DNA of 64,000 nt from the NCBI GenBank assembly GCA_951406725.2, contig OX597820.1:95418001-95482000 (forward strand). The letters are read 5' to 3'. The position numbers and the translations under genes are program-made. Shown here one piece after another: positions 1 through 13,730 of this stretch (position 1 is its first letter; each line of letters starts with the position of its first letter). The notes under the pieces are model-generated. The model did not search any database. It was not told where the DNA came from and saw nothing but the letters and a program-made list of their open reading frames with translations. The DNA is from Octopus vulgaris. Taxonomy: Eukaryota.

Positions 1-99
1 AAACCACAAAAACTGAATAATGATTAATTTAACTGTTGTAAGAGAGCAAATAAAAAAAAACTCCGCAATTGGATTTATGAACAAATTAAAAGTATATTA

Positions 100-954
100 G
101 GATCTCTGTGGTTTTCGTCACTGTTTACAATTATCTTTAAAAAAACATTTTAAATGTATCTTATAGATATAATTTTTGACGTTGAATCCGAATTTGTTAT
201 TCATTTATTCCAGAAAACTTCTGCAAAAATATTACAGGTGTTCGAAGTTTGATAATTTTCAGAATTTTCAACCAATCAAAAACAAAAAAACAGCGCGTTC
301 GCTGCCTCTTCCATCGGGGTGGGGTGGGGTGGGGGTGGGGGAGTTGGCATCGGCATGTCAAAACATTAAACTAGCTACAGTAAACAATGAAATACATGAA
401 AAAATTTGCGGGCGAATTAAATATTTAAAAGCTACGAACAAACCAACAGAAGTTGCTAGTAATAACAGTCAAAACATTGTTTAAAACATACATTTATTAT
501 TTTAAAAAAATTCAAGAACGAAAGTTTGCAATACACTCTCTCTATGATTTTATAAAATAAATTATCTTTCTCGTTTCTGCTTTTCCACATAAATTCACAA
601 AGATAAGAGTCAACCATGCCCAGGTACTTTCAATTTGTTAAGTGTGAGTTCCATCTGTTATGAAAACAAACAATTATAGAACAAGTGGTTGTTACACTCC
701 TTGTGTGCATGCGCACCACCTTTAGTTACTACAGAAACAGACTTCTTCGCCACGGTGATGCCTAAAATACTCGCTTCTGATTGGCTTAAATACCCAAATT
801 TTGCAAATTTTAAGGGCTGATAACTTTTTTAACTATGGATTTATAGGAAAAATGAACTTCATTTTCATAATTAGTATCCAAAACTTAATCCATTTATCAA
901 ATTTGAAAACAACTGGAACAAAATTGTAAACAGCGACGAAAACCATAAAGATCC
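100..954. mobile_element. Non-autonomous DNA transposon with GGATC termini
   Basis: Inverted ends GGATCTCTGTGGTTTTCGTCACTGTTTACAATT and AATTGTAAACAGCGACGAAAACCATAAAGATCC, with diverged subterminal arms each containing CCAATCA. No TSD visible. Confidence 0.7.
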
Positions 955-1339
955 CACTGGAACAATCTGCACTCAGAACTAAATTATTTTATTCCGAAAC
1001 AATTACACCAACAAGCAACATTTGTTGAACATAAAAAGAAAGTTAGTGATTGTAACTTTATTAAAAAAAAAATCAGAAATTAACTTTCTTCCAAAGAATA
1101 TAAACAAAAGTGTGAACGATGTAAGAGCACTACGTAGCTTCACAGTTATCGACATTCCAACAGATACCATACTGCCTGACAGCCAAACTACATTGCAGGC
1201 TAAGGCAACTGACTACTGTCCCTCTACAATGATTATGGTAAACAGCAGGTAGAACTGCAAACACCATCGTAATAGTGGTCAGGGGTATATATCGCTGAAA
1301 AATGCCCTGAAAATTATTCAAGAATAAATAACTTTGGTT

Positions 1340-1825
1340 TTGAAGTACTCTCTCTAAGAGAGAGCGTTTTCTACCAAAGTAAAGAAAAGATCAATAAATA
1401 TTCTACTAAAAGCTCTTTATGAAATGGGAGAGGAGCTTTTACAGCAGTGTAATGAACCTTTATTCTGGCAGATTAACGCCTGTCTATATGCCTTGTCTAT
1501 TACAACAAAGCAACTCATGAACGATAATCAAAAAGTAAACAAAACCGAAACAACGCAAAATGTGCCATCATGAGCTTTGAAGACAGAGAAAACGATAGCT
1601 GATTTACGGAAGACCATCAGTCATATAATCATGCTTTTTGCTTGCAAATCACTAAACGTCTCATCAACAAAACATGAAGAAGAAGATAGAAGTGATGTTT
1701 GGAGATAGCAAAAAGAGAACACTCGGTTGCAAACTGTTCACCCTCAAGCAGGAGCTAAAAGCTATTAGTGAGATACTCCGACATCAGAGGAGAGTAACCG
1801 AAAGTCATTAATAGAACTGTCAACA
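1340..1825 (+). mobile_element. Degenerate fragment of an R4/Dong-like (RLE) non-LTR retrotransposon ORF, region upstream of RT
   Basis: Interrupted translation WQINACLYALSIT ... PS*ALKTEKTIADLRKTISHI ... TLKQELKAISEILRHQRR resembles the pre-RT PPW...LRKDIS...LKQKL.A segment of this clade. Confidence 0.55.
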
Positions 1826-3312
1826 CTTGTAAAACTTTCCAGGAGTTTAGAGTCTAACTATACATGTACATATCTAGACATGCAACTGTGTGTTGGAGAA
1901 TACCTACATAAAACAAAATATACAAATCTGCACGTACACTGACTCGAAATATTGCATTATACGCACAAGCATGAACAAATACCTTGTTGTTTAAAAATTA
2001 AACACCCATTAACTATTTTTATAATCATATAGAATGACTCTTTCAAGCAAGAACTTGCCGAAAGGTTGGCGTTTCGTATCCATGACTAAGACACTTAATT
2101 TTCAAATCACCCAATTCATTTATCGCTCTAAACCGAGAGAGAGAAAACCCTCTCGCGAAAATATTAAGGCTACTGCTGACGAAATTTCTAAAAACCAGAG
2201 TCCCAAAAAAGCTGCTTTAAAAGTAAAACCAAAACAATAATAAGTTACAAACTTAGTAAAATTAAAAATTCATTATTTTTCTTGGAATAAATGTGCCATC
2301 ACAAGTTTTTACATATTTGCATTTTACCCTTGATTTTAAAATAGTTTCCACCTTTTGCTCTCCACAATAGCATCCCTACAAAGTTGACAAATGGTTCGTT
2401 ATCTTGTAATGTACAGTTTAACTCCTTCTATGGGAATAGAGAATCCACTCCAGTACTCACTCTCAAAACAGATTTTTCCATTTATCACACAACACATATT
2501 GTTTGAACTTTGAAAAATACAATGCTGAAACTTATTTTGTCCATCCATTTTCCCTCCCTTAAGGGATAGGTTATCATATAGGCTCTATTAATTATTAATT
2601 GAAAATGCTGGTTAATTAACTCACCAACAACACCTGTCACTACAAAATTGGGGTTATCATAGAATATTAGAACGAATTCGTTGTAATTTAGTTGTTTACA
2701 TTCCTTAATTGCAATAACTGTCATCGCCAACCAAACTCAAATTAAATGAAGTAGATAAATATCATGAATTCCGTGTTAATTAGTCCTAAACACTTCATGC
2801 GAACCAGTAGCAACTACATAATCAACTAAATACATATATTTATGTATCATCACGTCTGTCAATCTTCTGATATGCTATTATATATTCCAGATGTTATAAT
2901 TGAACAAATTCGTAAATTGATATTACAAATTATTAAATTATTCTGGCGCTTGTTGGCAGTTATTCAACAAGGAGTAGTAAATTTAAATATAGTTTGTATA
3001 CTATTCGCCAAAAGTAGTCTGCAAACGTTTCAGAAATAGTAAGACGTCAAACTGAGTGTTCTGCAGTATTTAATATTGTTTCTCTCTTCCTTCTAATCTC
3101 AGGGAGATCGCTGATTACCTCTCATCTGCCAGGTGACTCAATAAAATGAACAGGTATCTGTAATACACAGCAATTAATTTCAATGACTATATTCCTCAAA
3201 AACAACGATTTGTCTTTTTCTCATTAATATTAACAGTCAAGAACTATAATTAACTTATAGTACTTGATCATATAGACATTATTATAGTACTTAATTATAT
3301 AGACAGACAAAA

Positions 3313-3716
3313 GGCGACGAGCTGGCAGAAACGTTAGCACGCCGGGCGAAATGCGTAGCCGTATTTCGTCTGCCGTTACGTTCTGAGTTCAAATTCCGCC
3401 GAGGTCGACTTTGCCTTTCATCCTTTCGGGGGCGATTAAATAAGTACCAGTTTCGCACTGGGGTCGATATAACCGACTTAATCCGTTTTAATGTCCTTGT
3501 TTGCCCCCTCTATGTTTAGCCCCCTGTGGGCAATAAAGAAATAGGTATTTCGTCCGTCTGCATGATCTGAATTCGAATTCCGCCGAGGCCGACTTTACTT
3601 TTCATCCTTTCGGAGTTGATAACTTAAGTACCAGTGAAACACCGGGGTCGATGTAATTGACTGGCCCCTCTCCCAAAATTTCAGGCTTTGTGCTTATGGG
3701 AGAAAAGATTATTATT
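3313..3716 (+). mobile_element. tRNA-derived SINE family A, dimeric copy
   Basis: Head GGCGACGAGCTGGCAGAAACGTTAGC, B-box GAGTTCAAATTCC, body repeated after the junction AAATAG|GTATTTCG. Confidence 0.9.
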
Positions 3717-4047
3717 AGTGTAGTCATTTTAACCTTCACACGCAGCCGACATAATGTTGCATACTAGCAATGACGAATTAATGACTAAAGCCCACTAAAA
3801 TAAACCTCCCCGCACCACTGAATGAAAATCCAATGTTCTATGAGGATCTTAACATCCGATTAGCAGATGATTAATTAAAGCCTATTGGAGGATTTGAACT
3901 CTCAACCGTGCGCCACACGCTGCTCATCTCTCTTACATCATAAATGCCTGAGAAAAAGGTATGAATGTTACACCTTCCATGTATAACATGCAAAAAATGA
4001 AATACATTTATATGTAGCATGTTACCATCGTTATATTCACTTAGTGA

Positions 4048-4280
4048 AGTGCGGCGAGCTGGCAGAAACGTTAGCACACCGGGCGGAATGCTTAGCCGTA
4101 TTTCGTCTGTCGTTACGTTCTGAGTTCAAATTCCGCCGAGGTCGACTTTGCCTTTCATCCTTTCGAGGTCGATAAATAAAGTACCAGTTTCGCACTGGGA
4201 TCGATATAATCGACTTAATCCGTTTGTCTGTCCTTGTTTGCTCCCTCTATGTTTAGCCCCTTGTGGGCAGTAAAGAAATA
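4048..4280 (+). mobile_element. SINE family A monomer with 16-bp TSD
   Basis: TSD TATATTCACTTAGTGA at 4032-4047 and 4281-4296; A/B-box head. Confidence 0.93.
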
Positions 4281-4612
4281 TATATTCACTTAGTGAGCAC
4301 AGCAACGGCAGTTATGTTTCTTGGTATGGACACTGTTCAGTACCATTACAAACTCAGATCTTTTGTCCTGCAAGTTGTTATTTAGTGATTTAACAATCTA
4401 GACCATCAAATTTACTGTATATTTACCAGAAATGTGGAGATTGCAGCATCAATGGAGTTCTCTCTGAACATCTCCATATCAACGCTGCTGTACTCTAATG
4501 TTTGATAATATCTCAAATTCACTTCTTTCTATGCATTAAAAATAGTGACTCTGATTTAAAGCGATTCACAATTTTACACAGAAGATATTACCCGTCACTC
4601 CTTCACTTTTTA

Positions 4613-4980
4613 TACAGTGGTTAGGGCAGCGGACTCGCGGTCGTAGGATCGCAGTTTCGATTCCCAGACTGGGCGTTGTGAGTGTTTATTGAGCGAAAAC
4701 ACATAAAGATCCACGAGGCTCCGGCAGGGGGTGGTGGCGAACCCTGCTGTACTCTTTCACCACAACTTTCTCTCACTCTTTCTTCCTGTTTCTGTTGTAC
4801 CTGTATTTCAAAGGGCCGACCTTGTCATACTCCATGTCACGCTGAATCTCCCCGAGAACTACGTTAAGGGTACATGTGTCTGTGGAGTGCTCAGCCACTT
4901 GTACGTTAATTTCACGAGCAGGCTGTTCTCTTGATTGGATCAACTGGAACCCTTGTCGTCGTAACCGACGGAGTGCCACG
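4613..4980 (+). mobile_element. tRNA-derived SINE family C
   Basis: tRNA-like head AGTGGTTAGGGCAGCGGACTCGCGGTC..TTCGATTCCC; body shared with copies near 52070-52345, 52680-52830 and 55367-55720. Confidence 0.8.
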
Positions 4981-6007
4981 ATATGCATGTCACCTGCACA
5001 TAACAATCTAGGCTTCTTCAGTAGTACACAGACCAAAGGAAACAGTGTGGTTTCTCATCGTTTTTAACATAAAACAGAATTAAAATCCTTGAAATCATTA
5101 CAATATTCTCTGCAATATTTGATGATTCCTCATAGCGATATTAAACATAACAATAGCCAAATAGCATTTCAAAGACCAGCCTAACCATGCCAGTTCTTAG
5201 AAGATTTGATTTGTATCAAGTGGTTTTCTTTTCTTTCTTATTCCTGTCTATTATAGGTGAATAACAGTACTGACTTCATGGAACTGATAAATTTCTTTTG
5301 AAACGTTCATGCATTGTTCTATGCTATTAGCATTGTCGGTGAATTGAAATGCCTTCCAAACAGTCGAACCGAAATGAAATCTCAAACATGTTCACCGGGA
5401 AATGGATTCCACTTAATAACACTTACTACACACATGTAATGGGCTTGGTTTTATGTAAGGACTTATGATGTTTTAACGGTCAGGAGGTAGCTGAGACAAT
5501 AGGATCCGGGACTGAATGCAACATATTACTTAGTTTAATTTTATTCCAATTTCAGGTTCAAACACAATCAATGTATTTTTGTTTTCTCTTCTTTTCTGGG
5601 TCGATAAAATAAACATTTTTAATATAATTGAATCAATCAAATTCACCGTCACCTATCTCGGATTTAGTAGAACAAAACTAGCCAACACATTTGACGGTCA
5701 GTAATAGTTTTGTCAGATAAGTGGAAGAGCGTAGGTGCCTAATCTAGAGGAAGGACATAATCAGCTGGATGTACTTGAGTATATTAATAGATCTTAATTG
5801 AAAAATAATAGGCAAGGGCAACCTCAGTTAGACTTGATTTTAAAAGAAATAGCAAAAAGGAACAGAATCGTTACTCGAAATCAATGGTTTGCAGTAAAAT
5901 AATTGAAGTGGTATATCTTGTCTTGAATTGATTTGATTAACAACAGTTTATATGATTTGAAGTTTTAGTCTAAATATGGCAAGAAATTAATGTTGTATTT
6001 TTTTTTT

Positions 6008-6117
6008 TTACTTGTAAAATGTGGAGACAGGGGCATTGTGCATGATCTTTGCAAACTTTCTGAGATCAATGAGAGTGATGTCGTTAATGTTCCGTTTAAA
6101 CTGCTGAAGGTCAACAT
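6008..6117 (-). CDS. Candidate exon (possible alternative terminal exon of the LGR, or part of another gene)
   Basis: Strong acceptor TATTTTTCTCCAG|AT with CTGAT about 28 nt upstream. The phase-1 frame is open: (D)VDLQQFKRNINDITLIDLRKFAKIMHNAPVSTFYK-stop. No recognised homology. Confidence 0.25.
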
Positions 6118-8963
6118 CTGGAGAAAAATAGTGTCTGGCGTTTATCAGAAACGCCAGACACAATTAATAAGAGAAAAAAAGACAAAGAAAATAAACGAGA
6201 GAGAGAGAGAGGGAGGGGGTAGAGAGAGAAAGAGAGAGAGAGAGAGAATTTCATATGCCTCTTTGTGTGGTCATTCAGAACATCATATCATAGAAGTCGA
6301 AATACAATTTATTGCTTTACGTCTGATACCACCAATCATTTAAATATATGTCCGTTTATATTCGTCGCCAGTCAGACGTTTGCAATTTAGCTGAATCGCA
6401 CCAACTAATGAACTGAGACCGAGAGCCTATTTCACTTATAACTTACCGATGTACAATCCTAATTCGGATGCTTAATAAAAATGACGAAAATCATTATACT
6501 GACTTACGCACCAGTTGCAAAATTCCCACCAACGAAATTGATAATCAATAACTACTGGATTAGATCGGTTAGCCTATTTCAAATAAGTTGCGAAATTTAA
6601 TTTGAGACTATGACGTTTGATAAAATGACGTTTGGTAATATTCGGTATATTTTAGGGCTGATAGTTAATGGCATTTTGCTTTTACTTTAAGGCAATCAAA
6701 TGGGAAAAAAATACGAGAAATCAAATAAAACAGAATCAAAGACGCGTTTTATACACAAGTTGTTGTATATGCCGGTATGTATGGTATTTTACTTAGTGAC
6801 CGTTGCTGCTTCATTTCCTTTACGTGAATGGCTAATGCAAAAGGTTAATCGTTTCTGTAGAAGGTGAAGAAGAAAACTGAATCAATCTCACATGTTTTTA
6901 GTACTTTTTTTTATTATTAACTATGGAAAAATTCAACATTGATAGGAATTAAACTCTGTAAACTGAGTCATCAAACTCAGAACATATTTTTTATATTGTA
7001 ACAACATCTCTGACATAGAACAAGTAATGGTGATTTTTATCATTTAGACACAAATTCAGCAAGTTTGAAGAGAAGGATTAAAGTTTGTTTCCATCGTCCT
7101 AGTAACTGATTGGTACTTTGTTTTATCGACTCAGAAGTAAAGAATCGGAACTAATTCTGCCCCCAATTTTTCCGATGCATTAACGATTCTGTCAATCTAG
7201 GACCCTCAGAAGAAGTGGCATTGAGAAATAAATACTTTCGTATTTTTCCAAGCGTATTAACAGCGTGAATAATGCAAAAGGACTTCAAGTAGAAGTTAAA
7301 ACAGGGCTACTATCTAGATTTATTGGGAAAAAAATTTTTAAAACCCTCTTTCATACAAACCAATAAGGGACTCTCTATGAAACTGATCAACCTGGTAGAA
7401 AAATAAGAAAAAATCTCTCAAATTACATGTCAATTTTAAAAAAGGGTATAAGTAATGGAAAATCTAGTCGTAAAAAGCTGGAAAAAGAATTATAATGGTT
7501 ATGATTTGAATCATAAGTCTTTGATTATAAATTTTCTCGTACAGAACATCTCTCCACTATGACACATCTTAATTAAATAAATATTGATTTCCTTTGGTGA
7601 CCTCACCAAAAATTTTTTATATATTTACAAGGGAGTATTGTGAAATGGAATCGTGGCCAGTTCACGAACGTGGTTCACTGGGTTCTTCTGTTAATCATTA
7701 CAAAGCAATCACCCAACTTCCTGTCGCTTATACAAACGATTTTCAGTAGTAGCTAATAATCAATGTGGCTAAAATAAGTAAATGGTCTGCGGTGTTAAAG
7801 ATTTCTGTTTCGTTAGATCAGAATAACTTTGGTGAGTTGCCAGCTCTCAACTTTCTCAAAACTATCGTAACGAATCAATAAAGTTGGCAGCTTGTGCAGA
7901 ACATCAACGGTTATAATAGATGAACTCAGTTTTAAAATAAAGCTGAATCTATGCGACGGACATTTAACAGTTGCATTGCTCTTCCGCTGATACAATATCA
8001 TTTCCTCTACTTTCTTACGATTAAGATGTCGTATGTCTGCATAAGAAATCATTATTTCATCAGGGTTTCAGGTGAAAAGCGAAAATTAAAGCAAAGAATA
8101 AAAAAGAGCAAAAATTACTAAATATGACAGGGTTCTGGAAACGTGAGAACATCCAAAATAAAAATGAAATATAAGACGTGAATAATATATTTGCTTATTT
8201 CTAATCCTTAGCTATGCGGACTTTCTTCTTAATATTGGCTATTTGCCAATAGAACGACAGTAATGATCTGGTTTAGATATTTAGAGAAACTAGACTATAA
8301 GTGAAAAAAAATAAAATAAAAGCAACTAAACAACTACAGAACTGGAATAAAAATAATTTTTATGAACAAATTCTGGTATGGAAATAAATAAACCAGCTTA
8401 CACAGCGAAGAAATCCTGCCGAGAGAAACAAAGATATCATTTATCTATTTCAAGGGTGACGTATACAGTATCGTTCCGGAAACCAATTCTGAATATCAGA
8501 ATATTTAAGGCTTTAAAACTATGGAAGTCAACCACGTTGTTCTAAAACCGATAAAAAAACAAAGAAGAATATAATAACAGTAATCTGTGGAGCTTATTCA
8601 ATTTGGTGCCTTCTCTCGAATTACAAAATTATTGGTATTGTGTCTGAATGAAAAATCGCCAGTACTTTAAAGTTGGTATGAATGTGTCGTTAAGAAGTTA
8701 GCTTCGCATTCACCAGCATCGAAGCTCGATCATATTGTACAGCAACGTGCAAAAGTGCAAAAGGGGTTTTCTTGCTTTGTCTGGAATTCACCCAATGCGA
8801 CACCATGCATGGTAACTTTTCATAAATAGATGATGTGCACACACACGCGCGCTCACACACAAACAACACACACATACGCACATTTAAATATGATAAAGCT
8901 GCGATAAATACGCAGGAGAGTAAATGCATTTCTTCTATGCTTTCGATGCGCTGGAAAAAAAAG

Positions 8964-9166
8964 GGATCTTTTAGCTTTGACCGGTAGATTTTTAAAATAA
9001 TTTCTTTGCAACTAAACACTTTTAAATTTTGTATACAGGTAGTGTGTTACATAAAACATCTTTTTCTCTTGGCTTTCTTGAGAAATTCTGTAGTTTGTAA
9101 GCTATTTGTTGTTTAATTTCTTGCATTTCGGCAATTTCAACCAATCAATGAAAAGTGAAAAGATCT
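8964..9166. mobile_element. Internally deleted GGATC-family transposon with 8-bp TSD
   Basis: Starts GGATCTTTTAGCTTTGACCGGTAG (homologous to the TIR at 32879), ends AAAAGATCT; flanked by AAAAAAAG on both sides. Confidence 0.75.
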
Positions 9167-9430
9167 AAAAAAAGAAAAAAAGGATAAGAACTTTCTTAAG
9201 GTCCGTTTCAGTACTTCTGGCACATGCTGTGCATAAAATATGTATAACTTGATTAATGACGAGTCATCCAAAGTACAAATATATAGAGTAAACTACCCCA
9301 CAACGGTGGTAGCTTCTTTGCCTTATGTGATATATAGCAGTTGTTTATACAATCGATTGGGGAAGGAGATAGGAACGCCTTCTTTGAGAGGAGATCAACA
9401 ACTCACAAAACGTACGCATGCACTCACGGA

Positions 9431-9485
<55 letters not shown>

Positions 9486-10161
9486 ACAAACACACAAACA
9501 AACACACAAACACACACACAGACTCACAGACTCACAGACACACGCACATACGAAATGATATCAACTGCCCTTAGCGTATTATGGAACAAGGTAGGAACAC
9601 AAACAAAGAAACAAACCAACAGATATTTAGGATGCTACTCACTATACCACCAGAAACAATGAAAAGGTCACCCTACGAAAGTATCATTTAACAATTCAGT
9701 CAATAAACCTCAATAGCTGATGGCTATAGTGGCAGTGCCGGATCACCCGTAGAGAATTCATTGAAGAGAGTCATGCGTTAAATGAGATCAAATTAAAGGA
9801 TCATTGATATTTATTTGCTGAAGGAATAGCAAAATAAGCCCAACATCACCAAACACTACCATCCTCATATAACCACCATTCCTTCCTGTTTCCCCCCCTC
9901 TCCACCAAACACACACAGAAGTACCCACATAACTCAGTCAACCTTCCACTGGTCAAAAGGGATAAGCATCCCTCCGTTGTACGTCTATTAATGTTATATC
10001 ACACGAAGAAATGAATCCATGAAGATGATCGACCTGATGCCCACGGATACTATGGACTGCACTGTAATCATCCCAGGAATACTGACTGTGATCTTTAGAG
10101 ACATGTGATTTGTGGAAACGCGCGTTGCGATGCATTAAATGTTTCTAAATTCTATCCAAGG

Positions 10162-10216
<55 letters not shown>

Positions 10217-10279
10217 TTATCCTGTATATATGTATATATATATATATATATATATGTATAGATACATACATACATACAT

Positions 10280-10338
<59 letters not shown>
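10162..10338. repeat. Compound (TTA)n/(TA)n microsatellite
   Basis: Direct reading. Confidence 0.95.
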
Positions 10339-10341
<3 letters not shown>

Positions 10342-10469
10342 TAGTACTTCGGTTTTCGAAAAACTCTGATCACGAATAAATTGTGCTTAATATATCTCTA
10401 TATCAATATCAATATATGTATAAAGCACGATTTATTCGTGATCAGAGTTGTTCGAAAACTAAGGTACTA

Positions 10470-10472
<3 letters not shown>
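10339..10472. mobile_element. 134-bp palindromic MITE, pogo/Tigger-like
   Basis: Arms of about 55 bp (CAGTAGTACTTCGGTTTTCGAA... and ...TTCGAAAACTAAGGTACTACTG), inserted in (TA)n. Confidence 0.85.
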
Positions 10473-10520
<48 letters not shown>

Positions 10521-11093
10521 TATGTATGTCTCCCTTTCTTTCTCTCACTGTCCATACATCTTACATACAATGGTTTCAAATTTTGGCACAATGCCCGAAA
10601 TTTCGAGGGCGGGGCTAAGTCGATTACATCAACCCCAATGCTCAACAGTTAATTATTTTATCGACCCCAAAAGGATAAAAAGGAAAAGTCAACCGCGGCA
10701 GAACTTGAACTCAGGTCGTGCTGACGGACAAAAGGTCACTAAGCATTTTTCTCAGCGTGCTAACGATTCTGCCAGCTCGCTGTCTTATATCTTACATCTA
10801 ATAAAGCACAATGTGTCTCATCGGTCACGCTGGTAGACAGAGACTAAAAGTACAAATAGAGTGATAGTGAGAGACAGTCAGAGACGGTAAAGGTGAACTA
10901 TATTAAATGGTTTTGCGGCGAAATCGGTGATATTTTAATCAAAATAAAACTGCAAATTTATATCGTAAATTGCATTTAGTTTATCAGTTTCTCATACACA
11001 CACACATGCAAATATATATATTTGAAATTAAGTACACAATTTTTTTGTTTTCAAAACATTATCGTTCACATAACATTTATATATATATATATA

Positions 11094-11487
11094 GGCGCGG
11101 TAGTGGCTGTGTGGTAAGTAGCTTGCTAACCAACCACATGGTTCCGGGTTCAGTCCCACTGCGTGGCATCTTGGGCAAGTGTCTTCTGCTATAGGCCCGG
11201 GCCGACCAATGCCTTGTGAGTGGATTTGGTAGACGGAAACTGAAAGAAGCCTGTCGTATATATATGTATGTGTGTGTGTGTGTCTGTGTTTGTCCCCCTA
11301 ACGTTGCTTGACAACCGATGCTGATGTGTTTACATCCCCGTCACTTAGCGGTTCGGCAAAAAGAGACCGATAGAATAAGTACTGGGCTTACAAAGAATAA
11401 GTCCCGGGGTCGATTTGCTCGACTAAAGGCAGAGTTCCAGCATGGCCGCAGTCAAATGACTGAAACAAGTAAAAGAGTAAAAGAGTA
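11094..11487 (+). mobile_element. tRNA-derived SINE family B with internal microsatellite
   Basis: Head GGCGCGGTAGTGGCTGTGTGGTAAG..GGTTCAGTCCC and tail CTGAAACAAGTAAAAGAGTA; same family as copies near 16936, 24369 and 54900. Confidence 0.9.
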
Positions 11488-11542
11488 TATGTATGTGTGT
11501 GTGTGCGCGCGCATACATATGTATATTATGTTTATATGTTTG

Positions 11543-11595
<53 letters not shown>

Positions 11596-11602
11596 TTATA
11601 TA

Positions 11603-11656
<54 letters not shown>

Positions 11657-11925
11657 TGCATATATACATACATACATACATATACTTTTTTCTTTCGTTT
11701 TAGTCCATTTTTCTATGTTTGCCATTTATGATACTGGCCCTTATTTTTTTCCAAGTGAGCGAAAACTTAGTTTTTCAGATTTCATTGATATAAGAAATGT
11801 AAACAATAAGTGCACGCGCATCAATATTCGCACATTCGCACACATGCATAGACGTATATAAATATGTGTACGTGTGTATGAGTATATATAGACACACATA
11901 TATACATGCACACACACACACACAC

Positions 11926-11998
<73 letters not shown>

Positions 11999-12048
11999 TG
12001 AGAGAAAGAAAATGAGAAATGCATAGATACATATGTATATATAAATGA

Positions 12049-12091
<43 letters not shown>

Positions 12092-12225
12092 AATATATTT
12101 GTGTATTAATATTTACTGAATCTCAGTTTTTGTGCGCTGGACCGCCTGGTGTTGAATTGGTGTTATTAAATTAATTTCCAATTTTTCACTCTTTTTTTGA
12201 ATTATATATATATATATATATATGA

Positions 12226-12258
<33 letters not shown>

Positions 12259-12272
12259 TGTATGTATGTATG

Positions 12273-12346
<74 letters not shown>

Positions 12347-12800
12347 CCTATCTATCGATATATATAAATACATAGTTTACTTTTCCGTTAAGACAAGAGC
12401 CACAAAAATGTACTTACAGCCAGCGAGAGATAAATGTTATTTAATGTACACTGTATACAGTTATGAGCTACTAATAGCTTCATATATTTGGCGATGGCTG
12501 TCTAGGCAACTTTTATTTATACGCCTTGTTTCCAAGCAATCATCGTGCTCTGAGTACATGTCCTATTCAATTTACAAATCAGGATGCTAGAACAAGCAAA
12601 ATCACGAGAAAAACGGGATGGTTTGCCATGCATTTACAACAACTAAACATTGCAAACAAATTATGATGGGAAAACATTACTTGTCAGCATCGTCATTTTA
12701 TAGAGAATTCCACAAAAAAAAAAAAAGCTTTAGAAGATTTACTAATATCAAAATGCAAGCTAAAATTCAAAACTCAGATGGCTGCAAGACATCAAGACAT

Positions 12801-12839
<39 letters not shown>

Positions 12840-13144
12840 GAATATAAATACATCTGCATGTTTATATGTATGTAAATATAGTAATCATATTTATATGCAT
12901 ATACATGTATGATTATATATGTATGTATATGTATGTGTCTGCTCACATACGTTAATCAATACAAATACATACTTTCTTTCGAATGCATTACATTATCCTA
13001 AAGACGCAATTCTAATGGGTTTTAATTCTATTTTATATGGTGAGGCAGAGACGATAAATGTTTTCAAAAAATTCACAAAATCATTAATTTTAGCTGCAAA
13101 CAAATTTTATTGACATCAATGTATTTCTATTGCATTTGTTAAAA

Positions 13145-13430
13145 TTAAGTGTAGAAACAACATCCATTATGTGATGTCCGTTTACATTGATGAGTTTCTG
13201 TAGGCGTTCTTGGAAGTTGGCCTCCATTCTCTCCAGTATTGTTATGTGCATAGTCCCATGGTTTCAACTGTTGCGAAATGACCAATTTGTAAGGGTGTAA
13301 ATGCAGGTATTCATGCAGAATACACCATACCGATCGATTACCGATGGCAAGTTCAGCGGAATGCCCACGAGCTGAGCGATTCGGACTCCGTATCAAAGCT
13401 TGTCTGACGCGTAAAATATCGATGGCAAAC
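13145..13430 (-). mobile_element. Internally deleted Tc1/mariner-superfamily transposase (maT/rosa-like)
   Basis: RVRQALIRSPNRSARGHSAELAI..SVWCILHEYLHLHPYKL (HTH region) fused directly to C-terminal ERMEANFQERLQ..NGHH. Confidence 0.7.
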
Positions 13431-13730
13431 ACATGATGCTCTATCGTCCACAATGCCATGGCCTCACCTGAAAAAAATGCTAAGACACCAAGGACCAAAC
13501 GGTACCTGTCGGACATAGTTTCCTCTCCCTGGGACTGAGGAATAGCCATTCCAAACAACGGTCGTCATCTCTATCCCACCTTGTATTTATTATTAAAAGT
13601 TTTTCATATTTCCTTCTCTTTAATTTGGAACTTTAGCAGTCCTAAATCCAATAATCCATGAAACATTCAAGATTTTCTCGGTTATAATTATCAAAATACG
13701 ACAGTAAATATGTGATATTTGCGTCATTTA

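Noticed and set aside
1022-1321. Overlapping short ORFs on both strands
   Set aside because: Adjacent to and probably part of a decayed LINE; no host-gene features.
2461-2524. Minus-strand AG...GTGAGT exon-like segment
   Set aside because: The phase-1 frame contains a stop, and the only open frame has no recognisable similarity.
9953-10135. 60-aa minus-strand ORF as a possible LGR exon
   Set aside because: No TM4/ECL2 motifs and no convincing splice sites.
12418-12586. Minus-strand segment with good acceptor and donor
   Set aside because: Stops in all three frames; could only be non-coding and is unsupported.
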